Shown: piece by piece, positions 10,245-19,786 of the stretch
How positions within the stretch are numbered: the first letter of the stretch is position 1
Layout: each line of letters begins with the position of its first letter
Assembly: GCA_963793265.1 (NCBI GenBank)
Contig: CAWBZI010000002.1
Span: forward strand, 96,001 to 160,000
Source of the DNA: an uncultured cyanobacterium
GTDB taxonomy: Bacteria; Cyanobacteriota; Cyanobacteriia; Phormidesmidales; Phormidesmidaceae
Length of the DNA: 64,000 bases
Direction of reading: 5' to 3'
Notes under the pieces: generated by a model
Database searches by the model: none
Seen by the model: the letters and a program-made list of their open reading frames with translations, nothing else
Told to the model about the DNA's origin: nothing
Made by a program: the position numbers and the translations under genes

Positions 10245-10299
10245 TGTGATAGCAACAGCGGTAAAGGTGTTTTTTGTACGCCTGTAGGAGAATTATTTT

Positions 10300-11934
10300 A
10301 TGGCTTCAGCATACCGTCAGCCCGCAAGTCTCGATCGCGGCGGCAGCCTTTTAACCAGCCCTCAAGCAACCTGCACTCAGGCTAACTGCGGCTGTGGGGG
10401 AACCCACTTCGCCCGCGACCATTGGGAATTTATGCAAACGATGCCTACCGATCCGCTGGATATGGTGGGCGATCTGTCCAGGATGGGCCTTTATAAAGAT
10501 CAACAGTTTCAGGCCGCCGATAAAGTGAATGCGTATGAGCTGCGTAAGGCGCTATTGCTCAAGGTCGCTGGCAAAGGCGACCCCAAAAGAGAGAAGCTTG
10601 TGCTGGCACTATCTAAGCAGGCAGGCGGTATTGAAAACGCATTTGCTGCGGCCTTTGGCCCTGAATCGGGGTTGTTTTTTGCAGATACAATTCGCGGCAG
10701 CGGCGCAACCCGCCGGGAGTTTTTGAGAAACTTGGCAATTGGCGCGGCGATGGTTGCACTCACCAACTGCGCGAAAAGCGAAGAGCCAGTTGCCGGTGAT
10801 AGCGCAGCGTCAGTGGATGTTTCCAGCTTAGAAAAAACAGATCTGAAAATTGGATTTATTCCAATCACCTGTGCGACACCCATTATTATGTCTGAGCCTT
10901 TGGGCTTTTATAAAAAGTATGGGTTTAACGCAGAAGTGGTGAAAATGCCAAGCTGGGGCGCGGTCAGAGATAGTGCGATCGCAGGAGAACTCGACGCCTA
11001 TCATATGCTCGCCCCTATGCCTATCGCCATGACACTTGGCTTGGGTTCAGGTGCCTTTGGCGTTAAGCTCGCCAGCGTTGAAAATATCAACGGCCAGGCG
11101 ATCACCATCGCCAACAAGCACCAGGGCAATGTCAATGGCCCCGGCGACTTTAAAGGTTTCACCATCGGCGTACCCTTCCCGTATTCGATGCACAACCTGC
11201 TGCTGCGCTACTACCTAGCTACCGGTGGAATTGACCCAGACGTAGACGTAAAAATTCGGCCTGTTCCGCCCCCAGACAGTATCGCTCAGCTCATCGCAGG
11301 AGACATCGACGCCTACCTCATGCCCGATCCGTTCAACCAAAGAGCAGTGTACGAAGACGCGGGCTTTATCTTCAAGCTTACTAAAGACATCTGGCCGGGT
11401 CATCCCTGCTGCGCCTTTGCCGCTAGCGACCAGTGGATAGACGCCAATCCCAACACGTTTAGAGCCCTCAACAAATCTATTATTGAAGCCGCAGGCTATG
11501 CCAGCGACCCTGCCAATCGCCCCGAAATTGCCAAAGCGATTTCCGAGCGAGCCTTCCTTAATCAGCCAGTAGAAGTCGTGGAGGCTGTTTTGACAGGCAA
11601 GTTTGATGACGGCTTGGGCAACACGTTAGATGTTCCCGACCGGATCGATTTTGACCCCTATCCCTGGCAGAGCTTTGCCAACTGGATTTCTTCTCAGCTC
11701 GTGAGATGGGATTTGCAGGGTGATGGTAAAGCCGCCCAAGAAATCACAGATGATAGCTACAACGAAGTCGGAGAAACCGTTTTTCTTACCGACCTGGCCA
11801 GAGAGCTTTCTGAAGAAGTCGGCTTAAACCCGCCTACAGACATTTATCGCACCGAAAAGCTTGAGTTTGATACATTCGATCCAGCAGCACCCGGCGCTTA
11901 CGTCAAAGAACAGATTGATAAGTACGGCGTTTAG
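10300..11934 (+). CDS. cynA: Cyanate ABC transporter substrate-binding protein (NrtA/CmpA family)
   Basis: GFIPITCATP, ENINGQAI, FPYSMHN, GHPCC; internal TRREFL...LTNC signal; in an operon with cyanase. Confidence 0.85.
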   Translation: MASAYRQPASLDRGGSLLTSPQATCTQANCGCGGTHFARDHWEFMQTMPTDPLDMVGDLSRMGLYKDQQFQAADKVNAYELRKALLLKVAGKGDPKREKLVLALSKQAGGIENAFAAAFGPESGLFFADTIRGSGATRREFLRNLAIGAAMVALTNCAKSEEPVAGDSAASVDVSSLEKTDLKIGFIPITCATPIIMSEPLGFYKKYGFNAEVVKMPSWGAVRDSAIAGELDAYHMLAPMPIAMTLGLGSGAFGVKLASVENINGQAITIANKHQGNVNGPGDFKGFTIGVPFPYSMHNLLLRYYLATGGIDPDVDVKIRPVPPPDSIAQLIAGDIDAYLMPDPFNQRAVYEDAGFIFKLTKDIWPGHPCCAFAASDQWIDANPNTFRALNKSIIEAAGYASDPANRPEIAKAISERAFLNQPVEVVEAVLTGKFDDGLGNTLDVPDRIDFDPYPWQSFANWISSQLVRWDLQGDGKAAQEITDDSYNEVGETVFLTDLARELSEEVGLNPPTDIYRTEKLEFDTFDPAAPGAYVKEQIDKYGV

Positions 11935-11948
11935 GAGACTATCCATTC

Positions 11949-12788
11949 ATGACGACCAGCAATTCAACAATTGATAAGCTAAAAACCACAGACAGCGAGT
12001 CTCCGTGGCTAAATGAAAACGTCAAAGCGATAGGTCTTTTCCTCCTGTCCCTAGCGCTGTTCTTAGCCTTTTGGGAGATGGGGGCAAGCATGAAGTGGTT
12101 TGCCAAAGGAATGCCTACAGCCTCTAAGACCCTTCAGGAATTATGGTGGTGGTCAACCCATCCCTTCTTCGACAACGGGCCAAACGACCTCGGCATTGGC
12201 TGGAACTTGCTTATTAGCCTGCGTCGCGTCGCGATTGGCTACACCCTAGCCTCTATTATTGCCGTGCCATTAGGCATCCTGATCGGTATTTCTCCAATTG
12301 CGTACAAGGCGTTTAATCCCTACGTACAGTTGCTCAAACCAGTTTCTCCGCTAGCCTGGCTACCGCTAGGTCTGTACATTTTTAGAGACTCTGAGATTAC
12401 AGGAATATTCATTATTCTTATCTCTAGCATCTGGCCAACGCTGACAAATACAGCCTTTGGCGTCGCGAATGTCAGCCCCGAGTATCTGGATGTTTCAAAG
12501 ACGCTGGGCGCATCTAAGCTGCGCACCATTTTCAAAATCATCATCCCAGCAGCGCTGCCTAACATTGTTTCGGGCCTGCGCATTAGCATGGGTATTTCAT
12601 GGCTGGTTATTGTCGCGGCTGAAATGCTCTTAGGCACGGGATTAGGCTACTTTATTTGGAACGAATGGAACAATCTCTATATTCCGAATATATTAGTCGC
12701 TATCTTTATTATTGGGCTAGTTGGGCTAATTTTAGACAGCATTTTTGCAGCGCTTGAGAAGTTTGTTGAGTTTGGGCGTAAAACATGA
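11949..12788 (+). CDS. cynB: Cyanate ABC transporter permease (NrtB family)
   Basis: [35 protein letters not shown]. Confidence 0.88.
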   Translation: MTTSNSTIDKLKTTDSESPWLNENVKAIGLFLLSLALFLAFWEMGASMKWFAKGMPTASKTLQELWWWSTHPFFDNGPNDLGIGWNLLISLRRVAIGYTLASIIAVPLGILIGISPIAYKAFNPYVQLLKPVSPLAWLPLGLYIFRDSEITGIFIILISSIWPTLTNTAFGVANVSPEYLDVSKTLGASKLRTIFKIIIPAALPNIVSGLRISMGISWLVIVAAEMLLGTGLGYFIWNEWNNLYIPNILVAIFIIGLVGLILDSIFAALEKFVEFGRKT

Positions 12789-13711
12789 AAATCACCTCTG
12801 TTGATTCTACCTATCAACCCACTCGTCGTACTGTGTCACCAGAACCTATCGCCTCACCAACGCCTTCACCAGAGATTCCTTCGGCTCAGCTTTCTATTCG
12901 GAATGTCACCAAGGTATTTAAAGGCAAAAAAGATCTCTTTAGCAAGCTATCGCGTAAAACAACTCGCAATTTTACAGCCATTGAAAACATCAGCCTAGAC
13001 ATTGAGCCCAATACCTTTGTCTCTATCATTGGCCCGTCCGGCTGCGGTAAATCTACCCTGCTCAATATGATTGCGGGCCTTTCTGATATTACGAGCGGAG
13101 AGATTCTGCTCAATAACAATCCGATTCAGGGGCCAGGGCCAGATCGGGGTATGGTGTTTCAAAACTATGCGCTGATGCCCTGGATGAGCGTAGAAGAGAA
13201 CATTCGCTTTGCCGTTGAGACGGTTTATCCTAAGCTGCCGCCAAAGCAGATGGCCCGACGCATTAAAGAGAACATTCATCTTGTCGGGCTTGAGGGTGCC
13301 GAAAAAAAGCATCCTCATGAGCTTTCAGGGGGTATGCGCCAGAGGGTAGGCATTGCTCGAGCGCTGGCGATTGATCCTCAAATTTTGCTGATGGATGAGC
13401 CTTTTGGCGCGTTAGACGCGCTAACGCGGGGCTTTTTGCAAAGCGAAGTTGAGCGCATCTGGGAGCAGCAGCGAAAGACGGTGATTATGATTACGCACAG
13501 CATTGAAGAGGCGCTGCTGCTGTCTGATCGAATTGTGATGATGACGCGGGGGCCAGCCGCTCAAGTCAATGAGATTTTAGAGGTGCCGTTTCCCAGACCC
13601 CGCAATCGCGAAACAATCGATCAGCATCCGGCTTACCACCGGCTCAAAACTGAAATGGAGCGTCATTTATTTCGTGAGACACAGGCAGTAGAAGCCTCTC
13701 GCATTCGCTAG
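12785..13711 (+). CDS. cynD: Cyanate ABC transporter ATP-binding protein
   Basis: [28 protein letters not shown]. Confidence 0.88.
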   Translation: MKITSVDSTYQPTRRTVSPEPIASPTPSPEIPSAQLSIRNVTKVFKGKKDLFSKLSRKTTRNFTAIENISLDIEPNTFVSIIGPSGCGKSTLLNMIAGLSDITSGEILLNNNPIQGPGPDRGMVFQNYALMPWMSVEENIRFAVETVYPKLPPKQMARRIKENIHLVGLEGAEKKHPHELSGGMRQRVGIARALAIDPQILLMDEPFGALDALTRGFLQSEVERIWEQQRKTVIMITHSIEEALLLSDRIVMMTRGPAAQVNEILEVPFPRPRNRETIDQHPAYHRLKTEMERHLFRETQAVEASRIR

Positions 13712-13759
13712 CTTTTTCAGATCGCTTTCAACATTTACTTACTTTAAGAGGTATTGATA

Positions 13760-14203
13760 ATGACCGTGCCAGAAATCACCGCAAAACTCTTGGCTGCGAA
13801 AAAAGAGAAAGGTATCAGCTTTGCAGATTTAGAAGAGAAGCTAGGCTTTGATGAAGTGTGGATTGCCTCTGTTTTTTACCGCCAGGCGAGTGCTTCTCAA
13901 GAAGAAGCTAATAAGATGGTTGAGATTCTGGGTCTGGGGCCAGAAGTTGCCGATGCGCTCACCGATTGTCCAATGAAAGGCAGCTTAGATCCGGTGATTC
14001 CAACCGATCCGCTAATCTATCGCTTTTACGAAATTATGCAGGTGTATGGCGCGCCGATTAAGGCGGTGGTGCACGAGAAGTTTGGCGATGGCATTATGAG
14101 CGCAATTGACTTTTCGGTGGACGTAGAAAGAGAAGAAGATCCAAAAGGCGATCGCGTTAAGATCATCATGTGTGGCAAATTTTTGCCCTATAAGAAGTGG
14201 TAG
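13760..14203 (+). CDS. cynS: Cyanase (cyanate hydratase)
   Basis: [37 protein letters not shown] before ATG 13760. Confidence 0.96.
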   Translation: MTVPEITAKLLAAKKEKGISFADLEEKLGFDEVWIASVFYRQASASQEEANKMVEILGLGPEVADALTDCPMKGSLDPVIPTDPLIYRFYEIMQVYGAPIKAVVHEKFGDGIMSAIDFSVDVEREEDPKGDRVKIIMCGKFLPYKKW

Positions 14204-14239
14204 CACCTTAGCCGTTCAGCTATGCTTCTTTGGCTCTCC

Positions 14240-14270
14240 AGCTCAGGCAAATCGTCTGAGCTTTATTTAT
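14240..14270 (+). terminator. Intrinsic terminator of cyn operon
   Basis: agctcaggc-aaatc-gtctgagct-ttatttat. Confidence 0.6.
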
Positions 14271-14472
14271 GAAATGGGTGAAATAAGCAAGCTTCAAGTA
14301 TAAAGCTTTAGCGACGGTACTCAACGCGTGAAAATATAGTGATCTTTGGAGATAATTTGCTTTAGGGCCTGCGTGAAGTAGAAGCAAAACAAAAGATCTA
14401 ATCCTATCGCGTTTTAGTGTTCTACTATGCAGAGGCTACGGATTGTAAAAGCCACTTAGTTGAGGTGTTCTT

Positions 14473-15951
14473 ATGAGCGCGATCGCCCAATCACCCGCCC
14501 TGACCGTTCCAGGCCCGGCCCCTACCCCGATTTTGGGGGCCGTGCCTAACACGCTTCAGTTTGCGAAAGATCCGATTGCCTACACGCGCCAGCTTTTCAA
14601 CGACTATGGCAATCTAGTTGCCTTAGCACAGGGCGGTGGCACCCGGCTTTACTCACCGTATCCTGAGTGTCCTGGTACGGTTTTTGCCTGTGGCCCAGAG
14701 ATTATCCGTCAGGTGGCGACTCAGCCAGAGGTGTATTACAAGTGTCCGTTGACGGGGCCGATCTATCGCTTTCGTGACGAGTCGGCGCGGGCAAAGCCGC
14801 TGAATCATTTTTTGGTGGGTATTTTTGGCGACAATGAGGCGGCGCATAAAAAACAGCGCAAGCTGATGATGCCAGCTTTTCACCATCAGCGGCTGGGTAG
14901 CTATGCCCAGGACATGATTGCGATTACTGAAGATGAGCTGAACCAGCTAGCGGTAGGGCAGGTGCATAACCTGTCGGCTGTGATGCAACAGGTGACGCTG
15001 CGAATTGCGGCAAAGTCTCTTTTTGGTGAAGATATTGGCCCGGCGGGGGCGAGTACGGGAGAGATTTTGCATGAGGCTTTGGCCTTGCAGGGAAGCCTGG
15101 CGATGAAGCTGATGCGATATGATTTGCCGGGGCTACCGTGGCGGCGTTATTTGAACTTAGTGGCGCAGTATGAGCAGGCGATGAAGGGGCTACTGGCGGC
15201 GAAAAGAGAACGCGGCTGTGATGAGGCTGACGTGCTTTCTATGCTGATGCAGGTGCAAGATGAGGAGACTCAGGAAAAGCTGAGTGAGGAGGAGCTGTTG
15301 GGGCATGTCGGCGTGATCTTTATTGCGGGTCATGAGACGAGTGCGAATGCGCTGACCTGGACGTTGTTTTTGCTGTCGCAGCATCCGCAGGTGATGGCTG
15401 ATTTGCTAGATGAGTTAGACGGCGTTTTGCAGGGAGATGCGCCGACTTTAGAACAGCTCAAAAGTCTGCCGCTGTTGGAGCGGGTGGTGAAGGAGAGTAT
15501 GCGGGTGCTTGCGCCTGTGCCCTGGAATGGGCGGGTGACGGCTAAGGAAACGGAGCTGGGCGGCTACAGTTTGCCGAAGGGGACGGAGGTATTTGTGAGT
15601 ATTTCTCAAACGCATCATATGAGCGATTTGTTCCCTAATCCTGAAGCGTTTGATCCGAGCCGGTGGGAGACGATTACACCAACTGCTTACGAATATAATC
15701 CGTTTAGTGCGGGGCCTCGAATTTGCATTGGTGCGGGTTTTGCGATGATGGAGATTAAGATAATTTTAGCGATGTTGTTGCAGCGATACCGGCTAGAGTT
15801 TGTGCCTGAAAATCCGATTGACCGGGCGGGGACGATCGTGATGAGGCCCAAGCATGGGATGACGATGAGAGTGCATAAGCAGGATCGTCAGTTTGATGCG
15901 GGGGTGGGCTCGGTTACGGGTAATATTCGCGATATGGTTAATTTGCCTTGA
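14473..15951 (+). CDS. Cytochrome P450
   Basis: AGHETS (I-helix), ESMR (ExxR), FDPSRW, FSAGPRICIG heme motif. Confidence 0.95.
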   Translation: MSAIAQSPALTVPGPAPTPILGAVPNTLQFAKDPIAYTRQLFNDYGNLVALAQGGGTRLYSPYPECPGTVFACGPEIIRQVATQPEVYYKCPLTGPIYRFRDESARAKPLNHFLVGIFGDNEAAHKKQRKLMMPAFHHQRLGSYAQDMIAITEDELNQLAVGQVHNLSAVMQQVTLRIAAKSLFGEDIGPAGASTGEILHEALALQGSLAMKLMRYDLPGLPWRRYLNLVAQYEQAMKGLLAAKRERGCDEADVLSMLMQVQDEETQEKLSEEELLGHVGVIFIAGHETSANALTWTLFLLSQHPQVMADLLDELDGVLQGDAPTLEQLKSLPLLERVVKESMRVLAPVPWNGRVTAKETELGGYSLPKGTEVFVSISQTHHMSDLFPNPEAFDPSRWETITPTAYEYNPFSAGPRICIGAGFAMMEIKIILAMLLQRYRLEFVPENPIDRAGTIVMRPKHGMTMRVHKQDRQFDAGVGSVTGNIRDMVNLP

Positions 15952-16032
15952 GCTGTATAGAATTTAGCAAGTAAGTTTTCTGCTTTTACGCGATTGCTTC
16001 TATTAGCTGTAAATACAAATAGATTCAAAACT

Positions 16033-16434
16033 ATGAGCGAAACAGTCACCCTTCAACTTCCTGAACGATTGCACCAGCGACTGGTTAAAACGGCTGAGGC
16101 AACGCAGCGAACTCTAGAGTCTGTCATTATTCATGCGCTCACGGTGGGTAGTCCACCAGATTGGGATGACGCCCCCGAAGAATTCCAGGCTACCTTAGCA
16201 GCGTTGGATCGATTAGAAGATAGTGCATTGTGGGAGATTGCTCGGAGCCGAAAACCTGTCGCTGATATGGAGCGCTACGACAAATTGCTAGAGCTTAATC
16301 AGGCGAACACTATAACTGACTCTGAACGCTTAAAGCTGTTTGACTTAAGAGAAGAGTCTGAACATTTTATGTTGAAAAAAGCCCATGCAGCAGCGATTTT
16401 AAAATGGCGGAGGCATCAAATAGCTGCGGCCTAA
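16033..16434 (+). CDS. Small conserved hypothetical protein with RHH/antitoxin-like N-terminus
   Basis: MSETVTLQLPERLHQRL...; C-terminus MLKKAHAAAILKWR. Confidence 0.65.
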   Translation: MSETVTLQLPERLHQRLVKTAEATQRTLESVIIHALTVGSPPDWDDAPEEFQATLAALDRLEDSALWEIARSRKPVADMERYDKLLELNQANTITDSERLKLFDLREESEHFMLKKAHAAAILKWRRHQIAAA

Positions 16435-16483
16435 TCAGGCGTAGACTGTGGAGAAAGATATGTGAGGATATCTTGTCAAAAAA

Positions 16484-16513
16484 TTGACACGATTAAAAGA
16501 ATACTGATACGCT
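16484..16513 (+). promoter_or_regulatory. Sigma70-type promoter
   Basis: TTGACA-N18-TACGCT with TG extended -10. Confidence 0.6.
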
Positions 16514-16519
16514 AATACA

Positions 16520-16734
16520 CAGTGCTGTTGTTCTCACGTAGAACTTGCAGCCAAACGCCCCGAAAAATTTAGCCACTGACGATGACTGCTCCAACAGTCA
16601 CCGCCAGCTAGCCCCTAAACTGCGTTAACCAGTTCAGAGGTTGTGTCCATGATGACACAGCCACCCTGACCTTTGGCAAGTTAGGGCGGGCTTCCTTTTT
16701 CGCGGGTTTTCTTCCACCCTCATCGGAGAAACCC
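16520..16734 (+). ncRNA. Candidate structured leader / cis-antisense RNA locus
   Basis: Five successive hairpins between the promoter and the ATG at 16735; the last pairs with the GGAG RBS. Confidence 0.45.
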
Positions 16735-17037
16735 ATGAAAACGACCAGCTTCACCACTGATCGGCCTTTGCCCGGTCAGCCTCTCTCGCCTACGCTCTTA
16801 CTGCCAACTACACCCAATCCGCTGCCTCAGCTCACCCCAGTCGGTGCCAGGCCCAAAGAACATATCCGTCATATTCTTTTAGGCTCGCCCGCCGCCGTCC
16901 GCCAAACGATTCACCTCTTCCATACGCTTCACTATGCTGAAACAGTTCTGTGGAGCCCCATACTCATGATTGAGGAGCCGCTGATAATTACGCCAGCGCA
17001 AGGGGAGGCGATGAGTTTGTTGCGTAAGTCGCTTTAG
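16735..17037 (+). CDS. Small cyanobacterial hypothetical protein
   Basis: GGAG RBS; the core EHIRHILLGSPAAVRQTIHLFHTLHYAE...WSP is a pattern I recognise from small cyanobacterial hypotheticals. Confidence 0.65.
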   Translation: MKTTSFTTDRPLPGQPLSPTLLLPTTPNPLPQLTPVGARPKEHIRHILLGSPAAVRQTIHLFHTLHYAETVLWSPILMIEEPLIITPAQGEAMSLLRKSL

Positions 17038-17078
17038 TGCTTGCCTGCAATCCAGTAGCGCTGCTCAAACCATCCTAA

Positions 17079-17231
17079 GGGACATGCGTCTAAATAAAGT
17101 ACCGCTGATAGCGCTGTTCATTGCCTCGGGCATAGCAGTGCTAAGCCCCTACAGAAATTGACGGTGACGTAGGGGCATAGCGTGCTATGCCCAGGGCAAT
17201 ATTTGTCGGTTTGCCGGTACTTTATTTGAGC
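17079..17231. mobile_element. MITE-like element (copy 2, inverted, one end eroded)
   Basis: Reverse complement of 4835-4987 with few mismatches; preceded by TAA. Confidence 0.8.
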
Positions 17232-17460
17232 CCATAGGAGAAAGCTATTAGCGCTGCCATGTAGGGTTAAAAAGAAGACCATCTGTCGCCATGCGTAGGC
17301 TGAGTTTTTGAGGTGAATAAGAGAAGCGTGCCAGGTGGGCGTGTTCATTTGCATCCGCTGAACAATCCACACAAAGCAGTCTTGGGCGAGCTGCTGATAG
17401 CTGCCGTCAAAGGCTTCGAAGATTTGGGCTGCGATCGCCTCAGAAGTATAGAGAATGAGT
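17232..17460 (-). pseudogene. Fragment of a conserved hypothetical gene ending at the MITE
   Basis: The open frame ...LAQDCFVWIVQRMQM...LIHLKNSAYAWRQMVFFLTL... is protein-like, lacks a clear start and reads into the MITE. Confidence 0.5.
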
Positions 17461-17500
17461 TCCTATAGAGAAGAGGTACTACCAGCGACTTTCTAGCTTT

Positions 17501-18463
17501 TTAACCGCCACCGCCACCGCCACCGCCGCCACCGCCACCGTCAGAGATTTTAGGAATAACAAATTGCTTTTCAGCATGATAAGAACAGCTTCCGCAGTGG
17601 CTGACCGTCGCCCCTAGCCCTCTTCTATAGCGGGTTGCACTTTGTATGTCTCTACGCGATCGCTTCAATTTATACTCGCTGCAGTTAGGACAGCGAGCGC
17701 TTCTCACCTTTGCAACAATAATAAGCGTCACGATTGCAACTGCGCCCACTGCCCAGCCATTCAAAGCGCTAACAAACTTCGAGGTTTTTTCTCCAAAAGA
17801 CAGCTCGGGTAAATTGAGGATACCAGTTGGGAAGGCAACTCGAATCTCTAACTCTCGCTGCGGATGGATGGGCCTGGAAGCAACGAACTCGAAGGTTCTA
17901 GGATCTACCTGACGAGAGGTTGCTGCTGTGTCAAAGCTAGTGAAATTGGTCGCTTTGCCAGATAAAGCCTCTGGCAGAGTAACTAGCACCTTCGCGTTTT
18001 GAATGGGTGCTTTACGATCAGCAAAGATAGCTTTCCAGTAAACCTGCGTGTTCTGGCTACGTTTTTGTAATCCCCCCACGACTCGGTACTTCAAAACAAA
18101 TGTATGCGTTTCTGGTGGATTCAGTTCGTGCTGCCAGCGAATCCAAAGCTGATTATTCTCAATTCCAGTTACACTCTCAACAACCTGGCCGTTTTCCTCG
18201 ACCGCGACATCTCTAATGTCATCTACTTTGGCCAGGGGAATATAGCGATACCTTTGATTAGTATGCTCTCGGTTAAATACATATTCTTGCTCTTCTGTGA
18301 TCAGCATATCGCCGTTCGACTGAACGTCTATATTGACGTCAATACGCTCCCAGTAGAACGGGCTCGACTGAGCTGAAGAGGCGATCACAACCGTCTTAGC
18401 AGAAAAGACAAAAAGTAAAGCAATCAATGCGAGGATAGTTCACGTGATCCATTTTTTGGTCAT
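17501..18463 (-). pseudogene. DUF2207-like membrane protein with Zn-ribbon and poly-Gly tail; in-frame TGA at codon 8
   Basis: ATG at 18463 gives MTKKWIT*TILALIALLFVF...; the rest is intact (FYWERIDVNIDV, CPNC/CGSC, G-rich tail). It could still be expressed from TTG 18427. Confidence 0.6.
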
Positions 18464-18706
18464 GTAATGTCCCTATAGGGCGTCTTTGTGTTTATCTCAT
18501 CAATGAGCTATGGCGTTCTGGAAACAGAAACAACAAAGCTGTAACATTCCTTAACCTTTCTGCTTTTCCGCAATAGGCACACCTTTTCTGTATGTAAGAA
18601 TGCTCCGGGTGAAATGAGCGTAATTCAGGAAATTCTCAGGAAAGCTTGCCATAATAAAAAAGCTAAACAACAACTTTTCAAGCACGTCTGGAAGCCCCCT
18701 TCAGCT

Positions 18707-19786
18707 ATGCCTAATTTTCCGTTTCTTCCCGCTCGCCGCAAGCTACTAAAACGACTCGGCCTGCTCGGCGGTGCGGCCATGCTACCCCCTATCTTTCGTG
18801 CTCTGGGCTCCTCATCTCCAGTGGCTACGTCTGCCATGCCATTACGTGCGATCGCTCAGTCCGCACCGTTGGCCGCTGACGGGCTCAATCCTCATCGGGT
18901 TGTTTTAGTCAGCACAACTGACCGCGCCGCGGGCGTACGCAGAGCCCTGGAACTTTTACAGCCGCCTAGCTTTCAAGGCCAGCGAGTTTTTATCAAGCCA
19001 AATTACAACACGGGCGATCCGGCTCCTGCGGCGACTGATCCTGCGGTACTTGAGGCTTTGGTGCAGGTGATACAAAGCGACGGGGCGAGCCAGATTACGG
19101 TGGGCGATCGCTCAGGTATGGTCGAGACTCGCAGCGCCATGCAGCAGATGAAAGTGTTTGACTTAGCAGAGCGCTATGGCTTCACGCCCATGGTATTCGA
19201 TGAGCTAGGCCGTGATGACTGGCAGTATTTCGATAGCGAGGGCACGAACTGGTCAAGAGGGTTTGCCGTGGCGCGTCCTGTTTTAGACGCCGATGCGGTT
19301 GTCAACGTTTGCTGCTTAAAAACGCATCGCTTTGGTGGCCACTTTACCCTCTCGCTGAAGAACACGATTGGCATGGTGGCTCGCCGCGTGCCTGGCGACG
19401 GGCACGACTACATGCAGGAGCTACACCGCTCTAATAACCAGCGGCTCATGATTGCTGAGGTTAACCGGGCCTATCGCCCGACGCTTAATTTGATTGATGG
19501 GGTGGATGCTTTTGTTGGCGGTGGCCCTGAGCAGGGAGAACGGGTAAGGGCAGGGGTGATGCTGGCGAGTAGCGATCGCATTGCCATTGATGCGGTTGGC
19601 ATTGCCATACTCCGAATGCTGGGTACGACCTCAGAAGTGTCTACCGGATCAATTTGGCAGCAGGCTCAGATTCGCCGCGCCGCTGATTTGGGCCTGGGTG
19701 CTATTAACAGTGAGCAAATAGAGCTATTAGCGGCTGATAGTGAAAGCGCTCAGATGATTGATAAGCTGCGGCCCTTTCTGAGCTAG
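18707..19786 (+). CDS. DUF362 family protein with Tat-like signal
   Basis: RRKLLKRLG + hydrophobic segment; IKPNYN, VGDRSG, LKTH, TLSLKNTIG, DRIAIDAV. Confidence 0.85.
   Translation: MPNFPFLPARRKLLKRLGLLGGAAMLPPIFRALGSSSPVATSAMPLRAIAQSAPLAADGLNPHRVVLVSTTDRAAGVRRALELLQPPSFQGQRVFIKPNYNTGDPAPAATDPAVLEALVQVIQSDGASQITVGDRSGMVETRSAMQQMKVFDLAERYGFTPMVFDELGRDDWQYFDSEGTNWSRGFAVARPVLDADAVVNVCCLKTHRFGGHFTLSLKNTIGMVARRVPGDGHDYMQELHRSNNQRLMIAEVNRAYRPTLNLIDGVDAFVGGGPEQGERVRAGVMLASSDRIAIDAVGIAILRMLGTTSEVSTGSIWQQAQIRRAADLGLGAINSEQIELLAADSESAQMIDKLRPFLS

Noticed and set aside
17118..17372. 84-aa minus-strand ORF as an intact gene
   Set aside because: Its 3' half is read-through into the MITE; treated as a fragment.
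17503..17541. (ccgcca)n repeat
   Set aside because: It simply encodes the poly-Gly tail of the DUF2207-like gene.
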